Shown here: in pieces, positions 1-12,495 of the stretch
Layout of the letters: the number at the start of each line of letters is the position of its first letter
Position numbering within the stretch: the first letter of the stretch is position 1
Assembly: GCA_001244265.2 (NCBI GenBank)
Contig: CDLV01000006.1
Coordinates: 2,790,001-2,854,000 of the forward strand
DNA from: Microbotryum violaceum
Taxonomy: Eukaryota
Length of the DNA: 64,000 nucleotides
Direction of reading: 5' to 3'
The notes under the pieces: model-generated
Databases searched by the model: none
What the model was told of the DNA's origin: nothing
The model's input: the letters and a program-made list of their open reading frames with translations, nothing else
Position numbers and translations under genes: made by a program

Positions 1-669
1 GATCTTTTTCGTCCATGAAGCAGCGGAGAAACCGATCAGTTTTACGCATCATCTCAAATTACACCCTTGGCCTATCGAACCCTTGTTATTAAAACAACCT
101 GCTCAAATCGCTATGGCCTCCGCACCTACCACGGGAATGGGTGGAGTGACTACACCTTCTACCACTTCAGGAACAACGGTATTATCGATCGAACAAGTTA
201 CGACGGATTTAATCGAAGCTTCGGATCAAATTAAAGTTGACCCACCGAGTTTGGTGCTTTCACCCGTTCATTCATGGCAATACGAACAAGTCGTTTTCGT
301 TGAACCGACGGAAGCTTTTTATTCACTCTTACTGGCGAACGCTCAAACTCCTTTACCGAAGAGTAATCGACATCCGAAATTGTTGGTACATCAGCTGGGG
401 GGGGGTGGACATTTTGGGGAGTTTACTTTGGATATGGAGAGGGAGGAAGGGGAGAGGTTGGACGAGGCGAGGAGAAAGACGATGGTGGAGATTGACGCGC
501 TTAGGAAGAGGCTCGTAGGCGGGGAAAAGGAGTTGTTGGGTGAGTTGGAGTTGGCCGCCGAAATACTGGACCATTTGGGATCTCGAGAGATTGACAAGGA
601 TGCGGTTTGCTCCCAACAGCGATCAAGCAACAGGTTGAACAACTCTCGGCACCGGGCCTCACCGCGTGA
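1..669 (+). CDS. YAF9: YEATS-domain protein Yaf9 (NuA4/SWR1), 3' part; intron ~540-619
   Basis: Frame from nt 2 reads IFFVHEAAEKPISFTHHLKLHPW, then PVHSWQYEQVVFVEPTEAFY and a C-terminal coiled coil. A GTGAGT...CAG intron leads to TGA at 667-669. Confidence 0.85.
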
Positions 670-1195
670 GAAACGAGTTGGATCTGTGGGGAGCGAGGTT
701 TTGGTCTACATGTTGTAATGATACGCGTGAAAACTCTTTCGATAAAATCTGAGGAGGGCCTTTATCGACCGGAAATCGTCGTGTCGCGTGAGCTCGTTAA
801 GATGACCACCACACCACGAGGGCGGCCACACGCCATCGCCAGCATCGACGAGTTCGGACCCGGTCGCCCGCGCGGCCGTCGGTTGGCCGGCCACCTTCGA
901 CTCATCTCCAATCTTCTCCAATCTCGCTGCCACGCCCCCTCCGAGAACAAGCGTGAGTCTCAAGATCCGTCTTTACTAGACGTGGGGCGCCTGACTGATC
1001 CTGTTCGTTGCCCCCATTGCTTCACAGTCAAGCCCCCACACTCCAAAAAGAGGGAACAGCGTCTCGCACTTCGCACGACCCCTCTTGACCGGCCACAACA
1101 CAACTTGCTCGTCGCACCACAACCAAGCAAACCTACCACCCACCTCGTAAACCACCACCACCTAGCCACCCCACCCTTCTCTATCTTTGAAAGGC

Positions 1196-1666
1196 ATGCT
1201 CCCCCACGAACTATGTTCGCGCCTTTCGAACGCCTCCGCCTCACGCCATCGATGGGTTCCCTTCACCCCAACCAAACAACACCTCTCCCTCCTCTCCCTC
1301 CTCCTATCCCAAGGATTCATAACCTCCCTATCCCTAGGTTCAACCTCAACTTCTTCCTCTACCCCACCCGATCCAACCACTTTCCACCAAACTAGAATTT
1401 CCCAAAAAAGGATTTGGGCCGAATTAAAATATCGTCAAGAAAGACCGGTTTTAAATAAAATGGAATTGGTTTCAAAACCTTCTAGAAAAGTCGTCTTGGA
1501 TAAGGAGGAATTGAGTAGGTTCGTTAGAGGGAGTAGGGTTAAATTTGTTAGGGGTTTGGGAATGGGTGAAGTTGCGCTTGTTAGGAGTGGGGAGGCGACT
1601 TGGGTTGAGGCTAGAGAAGCTGTGAGGAAAGGTTTGGGTGGGGAGGTTGTTGCTAGAGTTGGCTAG
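1196..1666 (+). CDS. MRPS8: Mitochondrial ribosomal protein S8 (uS8m)
   Basis: MLPHELCSRLSNA...LLSQGFI...RIWAELKYRQERPVLNKMELVSKPSRKV...EAREAVRKGLGGEVVARV fits the S8 family. Confidence 0.88.
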   Translation: MLPHELCSRLSNASASRHRWVPFTPTKQHLSLLSLLLSQGFITSLSLGSTSTSSSTPPDPTTFHQTRISQKRIWAELKYRQERPVLNKMELVSKPSRKVVLDKEELSRFVRGSRVKFVRGLGMGEVALVRSGEATWVEAREAVRKGLGGEVVARVG

Positions 1667-1847
1667 GGGTGGAATTTTATAATCTCAAGTTCCAAGGTCA
1701 GAAGACGTCAGGGAGAGAAAAAGGAGAGTCAGCCGAGTGGCGGCTCTCTTCGGAGGGATGGCTTCCCCACGGCGCGGGAAAGGAAGAAAACTTTCATCTC
1801 TATTTCAATCAACGACACTGCATCCGAACGACCAATATCTAAATCCC

Positions 1848-4800
1848 TCACTCCCCGAATACCAACTCGACCTCATCCACCGCCGGACCCTGATGCGGAG
1901 CCGCCGGTGCAGGTCCGGGACTATTCGGTCCTGCTAACCCCGCTCCACCCACTCCAGCATCCCCACCTTCATCCACCGCGCTCCCACCTGAACTTTCGAG
2001 TGCAGAATCATCATCCCTATCTATGAGCACGGGTCGTAGAGCGGGTGATATAGGACCTGTACTTGATCTACGACGTGAGGGTCGTGGAGAATGAGGTAGA
2101 GCGGCAGCGCGTTCTTCTTCGAGCGCGGTGATGGTTTCCGGACTGTGCGAAAGATAATCAAAAGCAAGCATTCAGATGAAAATGTTTCGGAAAAGGACGT
2201 AGTGCGTCTAGGAAGACTGACCTAATATGTTCCCACTCGTTCCTAACCGCGATTGCTTTCCTCTGTCTCTCATCCATACGTTCCTCCTCCAATTCGAATT
2301 CACTAACACCATCATCATCACTCCCTTCCTCCCCTTCACCTTCCCTACCCTCCCCTCTTTCAAACCTCAACAAACCCCTCAAACTACCAACACTTTCCGA
2401 ATCCGAAATATCCTCATCGTATTGACCTAGAAGTTGACCAAGTCGTTCCCAATCCGCTCGACTAGCTTCCAAAGGATCAAGTACACCCCCTTCGGAAGTG
2501 GAAAGGTAACCATCTTCATCAATATGTCTAGGGTAGAGCAAAAGATCATCAACTTCATAATCGGCGTATTCGTCCAAATTTGAAGGATAATCTGTTGGGT
2601 ATCTCGATAGAGTTGGTGAAGTAGGTGAAAGTAGAGTTTGTCCATTATGGGTTGGATTGGAAAGTTCGTCCGGATGATCGAAACCGAATGAAGTGATTGG
2701 TCTTGAGGGAGGGAAAACGTCGTCGTTTGATGAAGAACTTAGTAAGGGGCGGTTCAAGTCGTGATTCATCCCTATTCCTCCGATACTGGGTGAAGGAAGA
2801 CCTCCTCCGCTTGTACCGGGACCATAACCTCCTAGATTGTTCCCACCTTCGACAGCTCCTCTGGAAGCGGCAAAGTCGTTGCTCGGACTGGTGGCTGAGG
2901 ATCGACGATGTAATTGAGGGGCGTAAGATCCATAGTGCTTGGTGTTGAAGAAGCGAACCAAGGCGCGCAAGGCTTGTTCGTGCGGTAGGGATTCTTCGAC
3001 ATCGTGGTCGACATCGATACCGGTTAACCACTCATCGCGTAAATCAGAGCGACAGTGGAGGTAAATGGCGGTAATGACCTTCATATTGGCTGTGAGATGG
3101 GAGCAGTATTTCAGTCAGAGTGATTTAAAGGAGACCGTGCTTAGTAAGGAATGTGAACTCACATTGCCGCCACTTACGACCGCAGTACGGCACCTGCGAC
3201 TTGATCACTTTGAGCGCATACAACTGCAACGTCGGGTGCGAAACTTTCAAGATGCGCTTCAAGATAGCCTGTCCGAACAAAGTCAACACACAACCATCTC
3301 CGTGAGCAGATTCTCGGACCCCCTAACCCGAAGAACCCTATGCACTTACCGAACTCTTGTACTGCACCAATAACAACACCCGATGCGTCTTGCGCTTCGT
3401 CAATTTCTGCAAAATGTGCACGAAATTGATGACGCTGAAAAAGTTACGCCACGAGTAATCGGTGATGTATTCGACTTGGTCATCCTCCGCCGATTTGTTA
3501 TTATTCTTGACTTGAGCACCTTCAGGTTTTTGTTGAATCGTCGTGACCGGGGTCGTGGTAGAACGATCATCATTGATCAACAAAGAGGTGGTAACGTATT
3601 TCGTTCGTCGGCCAGTTCCTTTTTGAGCCCTCGTCGAAGAGTCAGAATCACTCAAACTATCCCTAGACGAAGAACGTGGTCTCCTCCCACGATACGTCAT
3701 CGGATCGTTCAAATCAGGCGGGTTGACCATATCATGACAAAACTTGAAAAAGTTTTGATCCTCGCGATCATTCTTCGTCTTGACCGAAGTTGAAACCTCT
3801 TGTAGACCAAACATCTTGAGGATCAATAAGAGGCAATTCGAATCGACCAAAAGTTGGGAGAGGTAATGAAACTTCATCACGTGCGAAGTTTTGAACCATT
3901 TCAAAGCGAGGATCAAGATCGCCGAGACGGCTTTGGAGGTAATTTCTCGGTGACGCATGATGTCCATGTCTTCGAGGCTGAGTTCGATGGGTTCGTCTGG
4001 ATGGAGGTAGATGGAGGAGGGAAAGATGTCAGAAATCTGCGCTAAGCTTTTGATTTATGGCTTGGGGCTCACCATTACCGGACTCCGCATTCCCTACACC
4101 TTGGTTCTGATTGTTGTTGTTTGCTGTAACGGTCGCCAACAAGAGTTTGAGCAACACAATGACGGCGCTTTGCATCTGAGGCAAGACAGCACGCTGGTAG
4201 ATAGCATCACCCAAACGTCAACATCTCTCCGATCCTCACCGACGTGGAAAAACCCGAAACTCACATAAAGCATCTCAACCCTCATCAACCTCTTCAAATC
4301 CTTACTCTTATCCTCCAGCTCGTTCCTCCTCTCCGGATCCCCCTCCTCCTTCGCCAACCTTATCACCTCCCTCTCCATCTTCCTCAACATCTCCAACGGA
4401 TCCGGCGCACGAGGTTCATTCTTCTGTTCCTTCTCTCTAGAACCACCAAAAGCTTGATCCTCCTCCCCTTCATCATCACCATCAATCGCCGACTCATCCA
4501 ACTCATTCCCCTCTCTCCCCATTCCCAAACCCGACAAATCCCTCAACCTCTTACTCAACCCTCCCAAACCCTTCTTCCCCAACCCATCACCTTGATCCTT
4601 CTCCTTCTCCTTCTTAACCACCAATCGTTCAGCCTGCGCAATCCCCGTTTCCTCATATAAAAATTCCTCTCTTACTTTCCAACTCTGCCATAATTCAGTA
4701 GAAAGTCTTAAATGAGTCGCGTACAATTGTCCAGCTTCTTCTATCGAACGTGGGACGATACGTGAATTGAATTTGGTCGGGGTAGAAGAGGAATAAATAG

Positions 4801-6742
4801 TTGAGGTGGAAGGAATACCGGAATTGGAAGGTGCGAAGGGTAGTACGAAAGGTTTGGATTGATCGGTTTGGTATTGTTGTTTTTTAGGTTTAGGAGGAGT
4901 TGGAGAAGGTGAAGTTGGGGGTGTAGGTGCTGGAGTTGCTGAAGCTGAATTTTGTAATCCTCCTTGACTTTGACCTTGACCTTGACCGGGTCCGGTGAAA
5001 GTTTGTTGTTGTGAAGAGGTGGATTGGTTAGATGGGATTGTTGGATCGTGGTTTGGGTTTAGGTGGTAGGAGAATGTTGGTCGAACGGGTTGAGGAGCGG
5101 CGGCTGCGGCGATACGTTCCATTTCGATTGGGATGGGAAGTTTGATTGGTAAAGGAGGGGGGATGTAAGAAGGGTATTTGGAAGTAATCTCAGAGTTGAA
5201 GGCGACGAAATCGGTAGGAGCGACTTTGGTGTGAGGTTTGACGTCGGCGATCACCGAGTCGGTTGGGGAGGATGGTACGTCGCACGTTGAAGAGGAAGAG
5301 GAGGGTGGGAACGGTCGCGTTTGAGGCGCCGGCGTGCGCGGCCGTGATGGATTAGGTTCCAGTCCTTCGATGGAGCGAACGAGGGCTCGGACTCGAGGGA
5401 TGTCGGATTGCCCACCGATGCAGGCTAGGATCGATTTCCACAGCAAGAGGAGGAGCTGTCGGTCGCATGTTACTCTGGGATGTCAGTTGCAGCGCAGTGT
5501 GACATGCATCCGTAGTAGACCGGAACCGACCTTTTTGACTGGGTAACCTTTCGCATTCCTCTCCCTCAACCCCGCCACGAGGTTGAATAAATAGATCGGC
5601 GCAGGTGGATCGAGTTGCACTGAACAAGAAGCAAATGTGCATGTCAGCTCTGAATGCATTCAGTCTGCTTATCCCGGAACGTTCAACCCACTCAGTTCCT
5701 CGGCCCAATCATCATCCCCACGATGAACTTCCATCATGAAATAAAGCACCGCCAACAACAACGCCAACTCGGAATTGATCTCGTCCAATTGTTCCTGGCG
5801 ATGTTGCGCCTCCTCAAATTCTACGATGTTTAGAGGTTGGGATTCGCCCGCACCCGCAGAGGAGGACGGGTCGTTCGATCCAGGGTTCGTGTTGGGTAGA
5901 TGGGATACACGTTCCCATCGTTCGCCTGTCTTCTTTACGGCGTCCCAGATCGCATCCAAGGCTTTGGCGTTGCGTAGGAGGGCGCAGTTGGCTTGGATCA
6001 GTTCGAGGTGGTGGTCTGGAGAAGTCGAAGATTCAAAAGTGCCTTGCGCGATGTAGAGCAGGTGTCGAGCGACGGTGAAGCGCGCATCTGGGTCGGGGGA
6101 AGCGAGTCCGTCGAGCAAGCTGTGGATGAGCTCGATCTGTTCTGTTTGCGGGACGTCGATGAAGGCTTCTGTATGGTTCGGAGACGGGGATTAAAGCTCA
6201 GTTCACATGTGCCGACACCTGAATATCGACGCTGTTGGGAAACTGACGCTGGGGCCTATCCCACCACGCGAGGAAGCTGTCCTTGTGATCAATGACCTGG
6301 GGTACCTCGACGTAGCTGTAAAACTCTTGCAGTTCGGATACGATGTCGCTCGAGTCCGGGGGTGGGGAAGGGAAGGTGTACAGCGCTTGCTGCGGAGGGT
6401 AGGGCGGTCACCAGCGCGTCAGCTCTCAAAAGAGGTGGGATGCATGATCCGAGAACTTACTTTGGGTTTAGGCAATGCAGCGGGAGTGTTTTTATTGGGT
6501 GGTCCTTCCTGAGCGTGTACGGGCGGAGTGGGTGGGATTGGATTTAGACCGGGATTTGGACCGGGAGGTAGGGCATTCGCGGCACCCGTTGTGACGACGG
6601 AGGTGATGGTGTTGATCGGACCTGGCTGGGGTTCGATCGTCACGGCGTGTCGCCGGTCGGTGTTCGTGGTGGAGGTGGAGGAAGGTTCGGTGCTGGATAG
6701 GGAAGAGTCGTCGGTTGTGGTGCGCGTCGAATCGAGATCATC

Positions 6743-6777
<35 letters not shown>

Positions 6778-7150
6778 CGTTGCTGTCGTTGGATGCGTCG
6801 GTCGGCGTGGACGACGACGCGAACGGAGAGGCAAGGGAAGCATTGGTGATGGGTGTAGGGAGGGGTACTGAATCCGGTGATGCTGAACCCGAACCTGGTG
6901 TCGAGCTCGAAGGAACTGCCATGGCAATGTGGCTGCTCGGGTCAGGAGGAGGTAGCGCACCCAAAGGCGGGGGTGGGGGCCCAGCTGGTGGTGGTGCGAT
7001 GTACGGCAACGAAGCACTGGATTCCAGAATGGGACCACTTGGAAGAGGCAACGCGGTCGAGAACAAAGGATCGTGCGCACCACTGTTGCGAGGTGGGGAC
7101 TCGGGGGAGCAGCGGTCGAACGAAGGCTGACGCGTTGAACGTGGCGCCAT
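1848..7150 (-). CDS. FAR11: STRIPAK subunit Far11/STRIP1/HAM-2/PRO22 homologue, multi-exon
   Basis: Exons encode RFTVARHLLYIAQG, LLWKSILACIGG, DIMRHREITSKAVSAILILALKWFKTSHVMKFHYLSQLLVDSN, SWRNFFSVINFVHILQKLTK and MKVITAIYLHCRSDLRDEWL. Confidence 0.9.
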
Positions 7151-7899
7151 CGAGCTTGGGCACGGCTAACAACAGGAGAGAGGAAAGAGGTGCGCAGAAC
7201 AGAGCAGGCCCGAGCGCGTGGCTTGGGCGAGGGCTCAGCAGCTCAGCCAGGACCCCAGAAAGCCCAGCCAGAGGCGCTTGTGGAAAAACGCCCTTTTTGG
7301 CCTTTTCGTCAAAGTTGTTTTTTACCCTATTTTGGCCCCAAAATGTCAAAATTTCCATGCGCCTCGGAAGTGTTATCAAAATGTGTTCTACATGCTCCAA
7401 AAATCGCTCAAAAGTCCTCGAAAACGCGTTCCGAGCGTTTGCGGGCGCGCGGCGGCCTATCGAAAGTGGCTCGCGGCGCGCGTCGCTTTGGCTGGTGTTG
7501 CGCGTGGCTCCAGGCATCAAACAAGCCTTCTTTGCTTTGCTAATGGGCTCGCTACTTCGTTGTCAGACCTCCGTTTGACTGAACTTGAGCTCCTTGTATC
7601 CGCGGAGGCATTTGTGCGGCTTGTAGAGATTCTACCGGCGGCATCTCGCAGGCCGGGCACGCTCCGAAGTGTGGCAAATCTTTGCTCGGCATGTGCGCTC
7701 GTGCTGATTAGGCGCTCGTCGGGGTAACATGAGGTGGGGTCCGTGGTTGAACGATATGTAGTCGTTGACGGGCCTAATGACTCGATGACCTGTCGACTAT
7801 CAATCATGCGGAACGGCATAGTGCCATCAATGAGGTGTGTGGAATAGCATGTTTTCTTGATGAGGCGAAGCTCCTGTACGACGACATTTGAGAGTAAAA

Positions 7900-10558
7900 C
7901 CAACGAGGCGAGCGTGTCTTGGTTGCAGTGGTTTGTTGTCACTTTTGCTGTAGATGTATCGCACTGTAGCAGACAAGACTTGTGTCAAATGAGAGCGTCA
8001 CAGCTCAACCTGCCACTCCTTAAAACAACGTACCAATTCCGATGGACAGCGTTTCTTCTCCATAAGCAGTTTGATCGCAACTGAGTGAATACATGCCACG
8101 CTTGAGGCCAAAGCAGATCAGAGATCCAATCTCCAATGGTGTGGCAGTGGTTACAGCTCCGTCAAGCGATCCAAAATGAGGATAGCGTTGTGCTAGCGCT
8201 CCGTACTGCTTGGTTCTTTCAGGGAGCATTTCCTAAAAGTGCAGGAATAACAAAACATTAGATCCACTTGCTTCATTCCCTGATTTCAGCGACAACTCAC
8301 TTGAATGCGGCGATCCTCAATACAGGCATTCTTCTGAATCTCGTTTGTTGTGAGCGCTCGGGCCACCTGGCCACCAGTCCAGCGAAAGCTCCTTGCTGTG
8401 CCCGCCATGTCTTCAAAGCGAGATGTTCCCATGGACTGGACCAACCCTTTCAAGACGCGTGAATGTACTGCACTGCGGCCTTGCTCTGTATTGCTAATCC
8501 CTACGCCTGCCTCTCCGCGACCTGTGTGGCTCGATTCCATCGGCCTCCCTTTGAGTAGTAGAACAGCTCTGAGGTGGCTACACTCATGAGCAGCTCGATG
8601 GGCAATCAAGTTGGCCCAGCTCAGCGAGAATTTGGTATCGCGAGCATCGACAAGAGGCGGAAGTTTCAAGTGTGTGGGCTGTGTAGTACCGAGCACGCAT
8701 GAGCTTAGATCTAATTTACGACAGTTGAGCTTGGTAGGCGCACGATTGGACGTAATGAGCTGTTTGCCTTCTCAATGGCCTCGAGAACGTAGCGTTCTTC
8801 AGCTTGCCTATCAGCTTCATCGTAAGCGATTTGCACGTCGAGTCTGGTCAATGAGAAAAGAGGGCAATATGAAATCCGGATTTAAAGGTCGAACGCTTCA
8901 GCGCAACTTGTGGCACAGAGAATTGTTCACTCACAAGGCTGCCTCAACGTCAAAGTCCAGAGCTGCAAGCGATCGAATTGCACGCTCGACAGCTTCCCGT
9001 TCATTTGGGTCCAGTTTCACATCACCTTGGCACATGCTACGCCGCATGCCGTCGAGAGCAGAATCCAGCATCTCGGTGTGAAGCAGATCTTGACCTTCTT
9101 TAGGCAGTACGATCATAAAAGAAAGCATTGGCACTCACTTTGGTTCCCGCAACCGGGGGGTCAGGTCCGCTGAACATATCAGGGAGATCACCCGGAGTTT
9201 CGTAGATGCGTGGCGGACCAATTGATCCGATCAACTCGTGGCGAAAAATGCCCTTCATACGAAGTTCGCGCTCTAAATTGAGGTCTTCTGAGAAGTATGG
9301 AGTGGTTCGCATCCTGGATCGACACTTCGTGTCGTCTACGTGTAAATTGAATGTTAGGCCGTTTGCTTCCAGTTTCGCGCAGACACGATCCATGTTGGAT
9401 TTGTCGAGGCCGAGGCGCATCCTGCTTGATGTTGCTCGGTCCATTCTGCAAGCACCTCGATCATTCAATATGAGGTTGCATTGGACGAAAGGATCACGGT
9501 ACTCACTGCAGTTTGCGGCTTGTCGAAGCGCCGATTGTAGGCTGCAGCACTCTCAGAGCCATCGGAGATGCCAGTGCCATGGCTTGCTCGAAGTCGCGGA
9601 GTGCTTCGGACCGCACAAAGCCTCGCATTGATTTGCCCTGGACCATCCGCTCGTGCTTGACCGTAGCCGCTTTCACCAATCCTTCCAAGATGTTCGCTCC
9701 GTCAAATTCTCCTGAGGCCACACCTTGCGCGAATCGTAGATACACGGTCCCTTGACCACTCTCATCCAGGATCTCCTCTAGTCCATGATGTCGTCGGTAG
9801 ATGGCCGAGAGAAGTGTATCGCCCACGACATGTTTCTTGTTAGTGTATTTGCGAGTTGCGCCAGTAGCATATTGACGTCGAAGAGCTTCTCGACAGGATG
9901 GGTTTTTAGGTAGCTTTGCGCATTCTTCACACTGTAAGCTTGGTCCGTCCTTGTTGGGCGACCCTCGAACGCTGTACTTGCGACAATTCACACTGATGAT
10001 GCGCGGTGCTCGATGATCGTTGCGCCACTTCCACTCATTCGCTTCCAATTTGTCCACCTCCTTCCTTTCGAGCTCCGTCATTGGTCGTTTACCAATTTTG
10101 GGATAGAGTCGCAAATAAAGCGTCCGTCGAGGAGGGGCCCCGCCACCCTGCGCCGCAGTTGATGAAAGATAATGTATCGCCGCTTCAGACGTAAGGCCGG
10201 GGCACGGTCCTAGCGAGGGACCGGGAGCCATTGGGCCAGAGGCGATAGGTCTGAAGAATTTGCTGATGGGTTGGAGGTTGACACACTTCTTATTGCCGAG
10301 ATGTAGTTCGAATCGTGCCTTGCACAGCAAGGCCGCCATTGGCACCAAGACATAACATCGTCCACCCCGCACGTATTTTGGATTGTTGATGTCGACATAC
10401 GATCCCGGGCAAAGTTCTTCGACTTTTTCGGCAAACCTCCTGAAAAGAGGCGGATGGTCGCGAGCCCACTTCGTGTGCTCCTCGGGGGTGAGCTCTCGAG
10501 CTTTTGTTGGATTCGATGCCTTGGTGACGGCCTCTTGAAGTCGAGGAGTTGGCGGCAT
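7900..10558 (-). pseudogene. Degenerate P-element-like transposase, central catalytic part apparently missing
   Basis: MALASPMALRVL...ASTSRKLQ resembles the P-transposase SPxAY...LPSxRTL motif. LHVDDTK resembles the first catalytic LxFDEM. Stops and frameshifts follow. Confidence 0.55.
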
Positions 10559-10606
10559 CTTTGAGGATGCTGCGACTCGTTGATTTGATGTTGCTGCCTT
10601 GCCGGA

Positions 10607-11919
10607 CTATGCTGACGTGCTCTTGCTGCCGAGTGTTTCGGGACCGGATACCCTGCCAGAGTTTGTCTTGGGCTTTGCTCCCGTGGCACTGGTGAATTCA
10701 ATCTCGTCCGGATCTTCGACAGCGCCAACCAGAGAGGACAAACGACAGAATTGACGGAGCCGTGACATGTGGGCGCGCGCTGCTTTGAACGACCCAATCC
10801 CGAGCACCTCCGTCTCCACTGCATTAATCGTGGCCGGCCCGCACGAGTAGCTGTCTTCCTGTTGTTCCGTCTTAGGAGTAGAAGGGATTTCATTTTTGAT
10901 GTCCAGCTTCAGAAAGTTGAACAGCGCAAGGACAGCCGTCTGAGTAGCCGCGTTGATCGGAATGGCCGAGAGTGAGTTGATCACAGACCACGTCCGCTTG
11001 TGCATGTTGATGCGGGCTAAGACCCAATGATTATCGGAGCAAAGGGGTAAGAACCAGATTGACTTCGAGGTTGGCGCGTTGCGCATGCAATCGCTTAGCT
11101 CGATGAGGTTACGATACTGGGTTGGCGGGCCGAAATAGTGGGCGTTGAAGATCGAATGAGGATCCGAACCGGAAGGGCGAGCCAGTACCAGAGAGATGAC
11201 GGTAGAGGGTATGAGTCCATACGTTGTTTCGGAATCGGAATTCTGCACTCGTCCAGCTCGAAGGACGCTTTCAATTGACAAGTTCACCGCGGCTTCACCG
11301 AGCCAATCATGACCTGGGTAGAGACGCAAATAAGCAAGTTGCCTCAGATACGAGATGAATACGAGTGGCCAGCTGAAGGATTGGTGTACTGACTTAAGAA
11401 TCTCAGGAGATAAACCAAACTCGTTCCACTTGCAAGAAGAGGCAATGGTAGAAGCCCGTCTTGCTCTTGCCATTGCAGTCCGTTCAGTATGCGACGTGCG
11501 ACAGTGATACGGTTGCGTTCAGTTTCGTTGATAACGACGATTTTGTCCATCCATTGTTGAGATCGCAGCGCCCAGCTTTGAACATCTTTCGCTCGGTCGT
11601 ATTGCGACCATAGCCGATCAGCGCCGAGCGGCAAACACGTCAACGCGACGGCCAAGGATCGATATCCATTTTTGCGTGCGTTAATCAGGGCATCGGTGGC
11701 GAGAAACGCGTCTCTGATCTGGAGAGTCGGATAGGGTAAGGTCGAATACTGGTTGGGCTCGTCTTTGGACAACTCGATGCAAAGAGACACGTCGGCAGGA
11801 GCGACATCGAAGGCGAGGAGCTCGGCGATCGTCTTGTTGGTGAGCGGCGATAATCGATCGAAGTCATCGTCGTTCAAATAGTAGTCCTGGACTTCGTCGA
11901 GAAACAAGCATGGGATCAT
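10607..11919 (-). pseudogene. Ulp1/C48 SUMO-protease-like region of the transposon ORF (frameshifted)
   Basis: WLGEAAVN...LPLCSDNHWVLARINMHKRTWSVINSL...QQEDSYSCGPATINA gives the HW, (D/N)SL and QxDxxSCG C48 motifs. The sequence is split between ORFs 11344-11919 and 10607-11473. Confidence 0.75.
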
Positions 11920-12495
11920 GTTGTCGTGCTATGCTTCAATGTCAGAACGAAGTGAAGCGGAACCTGGGCCCCTTCAATATCAGCAGTGGCAACTATTGGC
12001 ACCTAATCCCTAACAGCGACTGCACTAAAGTGATTACAAAAAATGACTAGTGACCTGTACAGGGGCGAGCATCGCGAAGCGCGTCTCGATGGCGAACGGG
12101 CCCAAAGTCATGCCGAAGGCTGCTCAGGGTAGGCCAAAGTTGCGTCGACCCACGGGAAAAATGTCAAAATTTGCAAAGGCGCCTCGGGGGCAAAACGTGT
12201 ATTTCGTCCCAAAATGTCAAGTTTTTGCAATGCGCCTCGACGATTTTCGGGATTTTGGGTCCTCAAAATGTCAGAAATAAAAATAAAAAATGCGCCTAGC
12301 TTTCTGGGGTCCTGCTCAGCCGGGCTCGGCTCGGCTCAGGAGGGCGTGCTAATTGTCGATTAGATATGCAGTTGACCCGGCAAATAGTCCGAATAGGATC
12401 CCCCACTCGCACCCACAGCCACGCGCTGGTTCCCCTCGATTGACAACTGAAACCCGCGACCTACACCTCCCACACCTCCCACACCTCCCTCCAAG

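Larger units (their letters stand above)
7248..12314 (-). mobile_element. TIR DNA transposon (~5.07 kb), defective; Ulp1 protease plus P-like transposase; 6-bp TSD CTCAGC
   Basis: Left end CAGGACCCCAGAAAGC (7248) and right end GCTTTCTGGGGTCCTG (12314) form a perfect 16-bp inverted repeat. CTCAGC flanks both ends. A second copy lies at 54132-56198. Confidence 0.9.

Noticed and set aside
718-1395. 225-aa ORF overlapping MRPS8
   Set aside because: No motifs; the region is better explained as promoter/5' UTR with a probable intron (~952-1027).
6741-6785. (GTTGTTGCC)n repeat
   Set aside because: Coding microsatellite (GNN repeats) in the disordered Far11 N-terminus.
7517-7942. Conserved 141-156-aa ORF duplicated at 55460-55930
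   Set aside because: Conservation reflects near-identical transposon DNA, not an independent gene.
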